Position numbers and translations under genes: made by a program. Shown in pieces: positions 55,401-64,000 of a DNA stretch of 64,000 nt; the first letter of the stretch is position 1; every line of letters starts with the position of its first letter. The notes beneath the pieces are model-generated. The model was given only the letters and a program-made list of their open reading frames with translations, was not told where the DNA came from and made no database searches. Source of the DNA: Catajapyx aquilonaris (lineage: Eukaryota); assembly GCA_000934665.2 (NCBI GenBank), contig KZ538178.1, positions 1 to 64,000 on the forward strand, read 5' to 3'.

Positions 55401-57706
55401 AATGTCACCACACCAGATTTTGTCGCTTACATCACCACACATCCTGTCTCACTTTAGCACCATTCAACACCTGTTTTCACGATGTGCGATTGCGATTATT
55501 AATGCTATAGTGATCAGCAGGAAGTGACCCGTTGCCGCAGCTGTAAACCGCGAATTTGGAAATACACCGCGTCGATATAGAGCGTGACTGCATGCAAGGC
55601 ATTTGGCACCTCCTCGTCGTCACTTATTATTATCGTGGAATGAATGGCCGCGATGAGAAAGTAGGCAGGATCTCACTTCGTTTACTACCAATCTTCATCT
55701 CTCTTTTTTTTTGCCTTCCGTATAGACCGCAGCTGACCAATCGGAATTCGGGATCGATCATCTTCTTCTCGGAATATGAAATATCCATAGGGGCGTCCGA
55801 AAGTGGGTCACGTCGAAGCAGGTCGCAACGCGGGACAGTATAACCTGTGACGCTTTATATACTATATAGCTCGCGTGTCCGGCTGTGTAGACACGCGGGA
55901 CAGACGGACTGATAAAACGTTGTTATACTCTATTGGGGGGGGGATTCCAAATAGAATAATGAGGCCTGCAGCTGCTTTCAAATCACAAAATGGGAGCGAT
56001 GTTTGACATCTATACCACCTATGCAACTCTAAACCTGATGGTTCATCACAGGAAGCATCGTGTAATTAATTATTATTAGCAGCTGGTAAAGCCATAATAA
56101 TTTTCTTTCTGGATTGCTATACTGTATACCATATAGGCTAATGAATTGGTTGTGTATAGTGTAGTCCCCTTTTCCATGGTCTATAAAGTGTACTAGCTGT
56201 CGGTGTGTCGCATTCAGGTGGCCGTCGAAGTGCGGGGTCAACGGCGACGGTACCGTCCTGGGGTGTGACAGGTACCAACGGTACCACCACCACTTCCTCC
56301 TCTGTGACCGTGGTATCCCCGACACACAGCTCTCACAGCTGCCCCGGAGACGCTTCGTCGTCATCCACGCTCGACTATGATGCAATTGCTGCTGCAGCTG
56401 ACCAGCACCAGTCACAGGATGACAAGTTCTTCCAGGTCACTCACCGTCACCCCTTCGCACTTGATTCACGCACCATATTCAAAATGCATGATGCCATTAC
56501 CTTGTACGACACACTATATACCTCGTAGCATGGTCACATCATCTGTTGCATGCTGGGCATGGTTGTGAACGTTCATCAATGTTGATCAGCCAGCACTGAC
56601 ACCTGTCATCATCTGCCCAATTCCAGAAACTGGAACGCAGTGAGCAGGAAGACATTGCCGGAAACTACTTCAAGCCAAAGAGGGCGACAGAGCTGCTGAT
56701 AAAAGCCCAGGAAGACGCCTCTCGAGTCGTCAGTAAGTGGAAGGGTAACGTTGTGTTTTATTCAAGCTATCTGTGGTGTCAGTAGCACAACCTCTGTTGT
56801 ACTTATTGTCCTGCATGCATTCCAATACAGCTGTGTCCATTGACAAATCCTTGACTTTAACAAACAGTGTGCTGAACATCAATGTTCTTGTCTGTGGTGT
56901 CAGTCCAAAGTGAATGGCGTGGCAACTACTAAAGAAACGCCATGCAAATCACATCACCAGAGACCTAATGAGTCCTTTTCTCCTCTTCTTTTTCTCTCTC
57001 TCTCTCTGGCTCCCTCGCCTCTGTTCTCTCTTTCCCCCTGTACACAAAGGAATGGAGTGGGAGCCAATGGACATTAGCAAAGGTAGCCAGTCCATCCATC
57101 AGAAATGCATGCTATACATACTTATATACTGCTGAAAGGCATACAATGTCCCCACTGCCCCTCTATACCCAAAGCCTCTGCAACCCTTGCTCGAGATGAG
57201 AATAGAAAAGTGGTGGTGCTAACAATAATGTCCATCCAATGCTATTATATTTGCCCCAACCACAGACTTTGCCCTGAGGAGCAAGGCTTCCAACAACTCC
57301 CTGAGCACCATGAGAGTCAGTCCTAGCAATTTCCAGCAGATCAACGGGATGAACCCAACTTCGCCCAGGAACATGTCCAACGGAGGAGGGGGGCTCTCCA
57401 ATTCGTGGACCAGCGTCCAGAATGGCCTCAACACCAATGGGCATGTGCCACAAGGTGGAGGAGGAGGAGGGGGCTGGCTTGGTAAGGACTTGCACATATA
57501 CGTTAATCAGTATAGTGTTTCTGGTAATGAGTTCATTATTATGGCTGAATAATGTGTGCTTTTTCATGACAGGTGCAGGGTTCCCATCAAGTCCTGAGCT
57601 GTCGTCAGTGAGCAGGAGACCAACTCGCCTGGATGCCTTGCCATCTTTAGATAGGAAAAACAGGAAAAAGAGCAAGCAAGAACTCAACACAATGGATGTC
57701 ATATAG
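46461..57706 (+). CDS. KIF17: Homodimeric kinesin-2, KIF17/OSM-3 type. Exons: 46461-46535, 50418-50859, 50976-51212, 51275-51670, 51745-51932, 52012-52133, 53536-53580, 53996-54391, 54467-54567, [55056-55366 or 56218-56435], 56627-56732/56744, (57050-57082), 57266-57481, 57573-57706 (~900 aa)
   Basis: Motor motifs [43 protein letters not shown] and [13 protein letters not shown]. Stalk motifs MVGGE and [18 protein letters not shown]. Tail motifs NYFKPKRA and RPTRL, plus a basic C-terminal cluster, as in KIF17/OSM-3. Exon phases are consistent. Confidence 0.92.
55056..55366 (+). CDS. KIF17: KIF17 tail alternative exon A (Gly/Pro-rich, phase 1 to 0)
   Basis: Bounded by a tttcag acceptor and an AAG|gt donor. 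Open in the frame continuing from exon 54467-54567 and joins in frame to 56627. Confidence 0.65.
56218..56435 (+). CDS. KIF17: KIF17 tail alternative exon B (Ser/Thr-rich, phase 1 to 0)
   Basis: Bounded by an attcag acceptor and a CAG|gt donor. Open in phase 1 and ends DDKFFQ, leading into [15 protein letters not shown]. Confidence 0.7.
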
Positions 57707-58947
57707 CATTCCATCATGAACAGCTAGATGCGACCAATGGTTCTGAAAACTTCCGTGCCACGAGAACTACTTGCTAATGTTGTGAATATTATTATTTTTC
57801 TCTCTCTCTGGGAAACTTTTTACAAAATCTGTTCACAAGTGGAAATGCGTTTTAGCAATTCTCGTCTAGTCTACATGTACAGAAGTACAGGTGCAAATGT
57901 GAATCGTGCGGACACATCTCCCTCACACAAACTGAGATATTACGTACAGTGTAACACTGATGGTATCGCATCCCTCACTTCCTTCTTATACAGCATTAAT
58001 AGAATAGGTACGACTTGTTGCTAATCTTGTATTTTCAAAATGTTATTCATGTATATAAAAAGGAAGTCACCCAAGGTTAGTTACAATGTGTAAATAAGAA
58101 GTGTCCTTGAGCTGAGGTGAAGATTTTTAGTGTGGACTGCAAGGCAATGATCACAGTTACTTTTGCCGTCAGGTAACTCCAGTGCATCAGCAACACCATC
58201 CACTCACAAAGCATGTGTCTTCATATGTTACTACGTAGTAAATTCCAAAATAATGCGAGCCCTTTTGAAATGAATGCAGCCTAGCATCCCTTCATGGTGC
58301 TAACACATTCCCTCTCAAATCTGTGATCGCAGTAATGAATTCATACGAATTTATTACTGGTTATGGTTTCTAAATCATATCACTATCAAAACTTTCCCCT
58401 TGTACTTGATATGAGTGCCCTGACACTGTAATTGAAATGTCACTCTATGAGGTTGCTGAGGGCAATGTTGAACCCAGTCTCAGTCTCGTGTATTGTACAC
58501 ATGAAAGGATATTTATTTTTTCTTCAGCCCCGTCCAATCATCCATCCAGAGATCCTTACCTGTGATGATGACAATCATTCCACAAACAGTGCCTGAAATG
58601 TTTTGCATGCAAAAGTGGTCCAGTTCTGCCTGTTATTTTCCAGCCAAAAAGGCTGTCGAAGAGACAGGTGACTGTTTCTTGGTGCATTCATAAAAATGCA
58701 GAAATTAATCGAGCCAGTCACTGACACTTGACATACCTCACTTGATGTATCGTACAACAGCGAGGTATAATCATGTCATGTCACGTCTTGGAAGGAACAT
58801 GGGAAGCCGCAAGCCTTGAGGAAGGGTTTATGCAAGCAAATACAAACTCTGGCTATCAAGCGTGTCATGCTCTTGGTTTTCTTTCCCCAGACCTTACAGA
58901 TCAAATAAGTGTATGCTTTCTTTCGCCATTCCTTCAAATTACTACTA

Positions 58948-59113
58948 CAGTAGACTCCGGATATAACGGACTTCGAGGGACAGTGGAAATCAGTCTGCTA
59001 AAACCGAGGTTTGTTGTAGCCAAATACACAGACCATAATAACATGCAATTATGCTGGGGCCAGCAGCCTTTCGAGTCAATTACAGCTGCGGCTGTTATAT
59101 CCGGAGTAAACTG
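58948..59113. mobile_element. Tc1/mariner (pogo/Tigger-type) MITE
   Basis: 20-bp TIR CAGTAGACTCCGGATATAAC matches 18/20 between the two ends, with TA on both flanks. Confidence 0.8.
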
Positions 59114-59936
59114 TACTTTGATGCAAATCAGCTAGTGCATGGTTTGTTAGAGACTTCTGCGCTCATCAAATCAACATGAAATCTTGGCCTGCAATGGTTA
59201 TGACACACTTACTGCCTGAATAATGCAAGTATTAGCTTTAGCTCTGCAAATCCTAACATAGCTTTCAACCCCTTGTGGCTCCGACCATTTCACTATATTC
59301 GGGGTTATTTTTTCAAATGAAAATGACAGTGGTATTCACTATGGCTAGGAAGGAGTGCATCAAATTGCACAGCTGAAACCAGTGATAACTGATATTGCAG
59401 GTAAGCAAATGAAGTGAAACCTGTGTATAACCTAACCCTCGATATAGAAGGATCTTGCACATTCCACAAGTATCACTTGGTTGAGTACTATTCATATAGT
59501 GACTGTGCAATGTAAGGGGTAGTTGAATGTCATCAATGTAATGACTTCATGATGTAACACGGTAAACCAATGTAAGAAAGCCTTACACCAGCCTTGAATG
59601 TTTGATTCCTTGATTCCAAGAAGCTGGTTCTGCACTGGTGTATCACTAGAACTTACACTGGTGTAAACAAATGGAATGGCTGGAGTAACTCCAATATATG
59701 CAGGTTTCAGAGTACAACCTCTGCGGCCTGGTAATTCCTGAGATTGGGGTTAATAAATTGCTAAGTAGTATATGGCTAAGAACAAGTCAATGTAATTCGG
59801 CATTTTATAAAACACATTTTATACAGGGTATTGCAAGAGGTTCACACTTGCTTCAGGGAGTGCAATGACATGCACAATTATTATAAATGCTACTTTCTCT
59901 AGTTCCTTTTTAAAGTGTATTGATATCATTCGAATG

Positions 59937-60258
59937 CAGTGGGCCCCCATTATCTGTGGGTAATTGGTTCCAAGCCCTCCCATGGATAAACTGAACCTTG
60001 CAATAATAAGTGATTTTTAAGGTACATACCATACATAACTAGGATAGTTTAATTTACAAATTATACACATTAAGACATTAACAAGCACAATTAACAATGA
60101 AACAGGATAGTAATATTACAGCACTATAGTGCAATAAAAATACATGCCAAATTTTTAAAAATGGTACCGCATGTTGTTATTAATATTTATTCCATATTTT
60201 CAAACTGAGGATAACTGAAACCGTGGAAAATGTCCCCACAGGTAATGAGGGCTCACTG
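59937..60258. mobile_element. Tigger-type non-autonomous DNA transposon (Tigger4-like)
   Basis: 24-bp TIRs beginning CAGT match 21/24. Right flank is TA and left flank TG. AT-rich interior with no ORF. Confidence 0.75.
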
Positions 60259-60483
60259 TAATTTTTTTCAAAGCATGAAAGGAATACATAATATACGAGT
60301 AACTACCTGAACAAACCTGAACCTGTTGCACAACACATAGTGATGTGCTATCATCACAATATTATTCTGGACACTGACGTCCTATTCTCATGGGAGGGTG
60401 TCCATGATAAAATTGTGGTCATAGCACATAATGCATAGAATGTACACACAACATGGCAGTCCAAGGCTACGTTTACCTTGGGT

Positions 60484-62987
60484 CTAGAGACCATCTTCTC
60501 CACTGCTGCTTGTGTCATAATCTACAAGGGCTGAGCTGCTGCTGGATGACTGATTAGCAGTAAGTCCCTCCTTGCTTGCCTCCTCTCCACTTCCCTCCTT
60601 TTCATCCTCTTGATCCTTCTCGTCTGCCGGCCCACGGCTGGATTCTCCTGTGTCTGTTGTTGCCACTTGCTTCCCAACCTCCCTTGTAATGGAAACTCCA
60701 AGGAGGGAACGAGTAAGGCTCTTGTTCGGCCTGCTTGCAGAGGAGCTCCTGCCCACCACCTTGGCTGCCAAGCCAGTCTTAAGCCCAACCAATACTGATG
60801 ATGGAGAAGGACGGCTGCCAGCAAACAATGGACGGCTCTCTATCTCCTTCCGTGCCTGCTTCTGGCGCTCCTCGTAGCCTGAAAAATTGACCAACACATC
60901 ACTGTTGTGCCATTCCCTAACAATATCTACTTCATCATACTATCATCCATCCTACATGCAAATGAAGCCCTGAAAAGCAGAATGATCAGAGTGACATTCT
61001 AGTTGAAATAGGATTAAGCACAGTTTAATGCAGTCCTTGAAGCAGTGAAGGGTACTTTCTGATTATGAAGTCAGATTTCCAATAGAAAATTACAGCCTAT
61101 TAGAGAAATATTTGAACATATCCATGGGAGATAACGCAATTTTTCAAACTCTCACACCTTGTAATCATTTCAATGTGATTACATTTCTCAAGTCTTCAGA
61201 TGGTGTTGGACTCCACTCAAATGGTTTTTACTTTCTACAATGGCCCAGCATAAATTCCTGTAATTCTAATAGATGAATGATAATAATTCTTGTTTTCAGA
61301 GGTCACTATTTGAGTACACACCAAATTCAACCTCATAAGTGAAAAACAAAAAAGTTTTATTGAGGAAGGAAAAACTAATACAATTGAATCCAGATATAAC
61401 AAACTTCAAGGGACTGCGGAAATCGGTCTGTTATACCCGAAGTCTGTTATAGCCAAGGTTGTTATATCCGGATTCAACCGTAATAACAACAACAACAATA
61501 ATAGATACCATGAGGGAGGAATGTGGCCTTCTCTGGGTTTCTCTTTTAAACCCATGATTTTATTAATTAATACCTCAATTGCAATGGATTTTCATTGTGG
61601 GAAGAAACAGGAGAACCCTGAGAAAACCCACGCCTTCCTGCTGCTAACATATGAGGTACTCACTGGTTTTAGGAGCCAGCCTGAGCAGGGCAGCCATCTT
61701 TCTGTCCTCCTCAACCTCTGGGACTAGTTGGATGTCCAGACTGGACTTGTCCAGCAGGGCCCTGTCGCTCTCTTGAGCAGACTTGAGCTCCGACTTTCCC
61801 TTCCTGAATGCATCTCTCAGGGCACAGTTAGCGGCATAGTCGTCCCTCCATCTCCTGTCCCTCATGGACTCTAGGGATGCCAGGATGGGGACAGCTCGCT
61901 TCCCTTTTCCCACGTCCTCTTCCACATGCTCCAGTCGGAACATGGCATCCGTTGCCAGTTTGTTGGCCTTCGCCCTTTCATCTGGAGCCACCTGCTCATT
62001 TTCACTCGGGTCCCAACGACGCTCTTGGCGACGTGCACCACTCACTATGATGTAGTCCAGGTTCTGAAAAGCGGTACAATGTGACAAGTTCAAATTGTTG
62101 GCCATACTTCTTTCTGCAGGATTAATGGATCCAGGGCTCTCAAAGACACTGCTGTTTTCATACGTATCAGACTGGCTGTAAGAATGAACCATGAGATGTA
62201 GGTTTGACAAGAGATCTACATGGATGTTGCAAGCACGGTGGAATTTCGTGGAGGATAACCAAATGATCCAAACTTACAGCAGGGTCAGTCTTGATCTCAA
62301 AGTGGTTGTCACAGAGATGGCACTTCATTCGGAACTGGTAAATGGGGGTGGAGTAGTACATCCCGACTTTCTTCTTCTCTGCGTTGTACCTGCATTAAAA
62401 GCATGCGATCACCTCTTGCCCCAGCGTTCAATCATGAGACCAAAGAACACCACTCACCTAACTCCCATGCCAATGTGGTTCTTGCAGCCCTCGCACCAGA
62501 TGTTGTAGGGCATCTCAAAGCGGATAATGAGGATGCCCATGTGCAGCTTCCTCGCCCTTTCTCGGAGGGCATGGGTACCTTGGAACTTGTTGAGGCCGCC
62601 TTTCGCCGGGTTGTAGTCCGGCGGGTAGTACTTGTTCACTCCCTTGCGCTCACCCTGGAAGGATTTATGGTAGGGTAACATTACGTCACACTGCACTATT
62701 ATGACAGGCGAAACAAAATGGGAAATTTCTCTGTCGCAGAAGCCGTCCATAGCAAGGGAAAGCATATTATGGCCGAGTTACACAACTGAAGGTACACCTC
62801 TACCAGATTCTGTTACATGCCGGCGGCATTCCAGAAATAACGTTTAGGTTCGAGGCGGGCTCAGGAAAGTGGGCTCGACGGCCCGTCAACTTTACATTGA
62901 CACATGGGACCTGTTCGTCATATAGTTTCAGGTTGTAATGGCCATGGTATGAATACTAGGGCACAATCGAATTGTTCTTCTTACCAT
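60484..62987 (-). CDS. CCDC130: Splicing factor CCDC130 (YJU2B, CWC16 family); exons 62985-62987 (ATG only), 62458-62654, 62278-62389, 61664-62063, 60484-60878 (368 aa)
   Basis: Reads M|GERKGVNKYYPPDY...IIRFEMPYNIWCEGCKNHIGMGVRYNAEKKKVGMYYSTPIYQFRMKCHLC, with two CxxC pairs and the DAMFRLEH and WRDDY motifs. Splices in frame (1107 nt). Confidence 0.92.
61381..61480. mobile_element. Second, shorter copy of the same MITE family, in CCDC130 intron 4
   Basis: 22-bp TIRs match 19/22 with TA on both flanks. The first ~75 nt align colinearly with 58948-59023. Confidence 0.75.
61596..61633 (-). mobile_element. V-SINE-like core fragment in CCDC130 intron 4
   Basis: TGTGGGAAGAAACAGGAGAACCCTGAGAAAACCCACGC resembles the reverse complement of the recalled V-domain GCGTGGGTTTCCTCCGGGTGCTCCGGTTTCCTCCCACA. 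Confidence 0.5.
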
Positions 62988-63699
62988 GTTTGGTTCCTAG
63001 GTCAGGTCACTTGAAGCAGATGGGACAGAGCACCGGCTGGAGAGCTGGGACGGACAACCAGAAACTTCCCGCCAGCACCCTCCAGACCCTACGAGAAATG
63101 CAACGTTTTATCTATCGGCGCAATTTTATCATAATTGTAATAATTAATTATTAATCCCCAGCAATAAATACGCAATCATAGAGTAAGCAACCCACCCAGT
63201 CCAGCTTGGTTCGTCCTCTGGCCGGTAGGTAGTCGTTCCGGCAAGTGGCGCCGCCACTCTACCAAAATCTTGCCCAAAGTGCGATAGAATTTTTTTGCAA
63301 ATTTTTTTTGCGCAATTCCCACGTTTTTCTACGACGCATCTGGTCGAATAATTGCATGCACGTTAAAGGATTTGAGAGGAATTTTTGATGGAAACAGTGT
63401 GGTGGTCAACGATGCCAGCGAGACAATGGGCAGCAGTAATCATGTGGCCGTGCGGTGCATATGCGCATACTTTCCAAGTAGGCCATTCATGGTACGGGCC
63501 CCAGGGTACGGCAGGGAGACAATAATTTTCTTTACTTCAAGACGGCACCGTCCTGGATTGTCATATTAGCATGATGTGTTGTTACAAGTCTGCAGAGGTT
63601 GTCATCCCTGCCGTTCCTTGCAGGGTCCTGCAACAGAAGCGAGGTATTGGGGAAATTCCGTCGCAATTCTTCAATTTCCTTCCGTCCCCGAGCGCTTTA

Positions 63700-64000
63700 T
63701 TGCATGATTCGAGGCTCCCTTTTCGATGGGGCCACGACGGGCCGGGGCGATGCAACATGGCCGTCGTCCGACCCTGCCCGTTCCAATCCTCCCCTCCGTC
63801 TGCTGCTGGAAATCACCAAAGAAAATGAGGGGAGAGGAGAGGAGGGTGGAGGGCGGTGACGTCAGGAATGGTGACGTAGGAAGGGAATCCCTGCCCCGGA
63901 TTGGTGGGAAGGGGGGGCCCCAAGATGGCGGCCCTCCCTCCCTCCCCCGCAGCAGGCAGAGGGGGGGCGAGCAGGCAGGCAGCAGCACCAGTCCGTCCGA
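63700..64000. promoter_or_regulatory. GC-rich promoter upstream of CCDC130, probably shared with a plus-strand gene continuing beyond the window
   Basis: GGGCGG at 63851, palindromic CRE TGACGTCA at 63857-63864, half-CRE at 63872, ATTGG at 63900 and a YY1 consensus CAAGATGGCGGC at 63921-63932. Confidence 0.55.

Overview
Eukaryotic (animal, most likely arthropod, probably non-dipteran) genomic DNA with short GT-AG introns and abundant microsatellites. Splicing the ORF fragments by hand gives seven complete multi-exon genes whose exon phases all join in frame: Rab3 (+, 10864-11917); a PAN-PAN-PAN-ZP-TM apical matrix protein (-, 15584-18976); FoxN1/4 (jumu-like; -, 26083-35019); an IRAK4/Tube-like death-domain RD kinase (+, 37541-39243); the mitochondrial SAM carrier SLC25A26 (-, 39219-40948); KIF17/OSM-3 kinesin-2 (+, 46461-57706); and CCDC130/YJU2B (-, 60484-62987). 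The most striking feature is that the IRAK4/Tube kinase and SLC25A26 coding sequences overlap tail-to-tail by 25 nt, and that kinase also shares a GC-rich divergent promoter region with FoxN1/4. Other notable points: a candidate mutually exclusive exon pair and two micro-exons in KIF17; three CpG-rich promoters with YY1, CCAAT, GC-box and CRE motifs; an E-box cluster in the FoxN intron; and several DNA-transposon MITEs and SINE fragments, including ones resembling vertebrate Tigger4 and V-SINE. Those resemblances come from memory and need a database check. The first ~10 kb and ~19-26 kb contain no recognisable coding sequence. All gene models are inferred from sequence alone.
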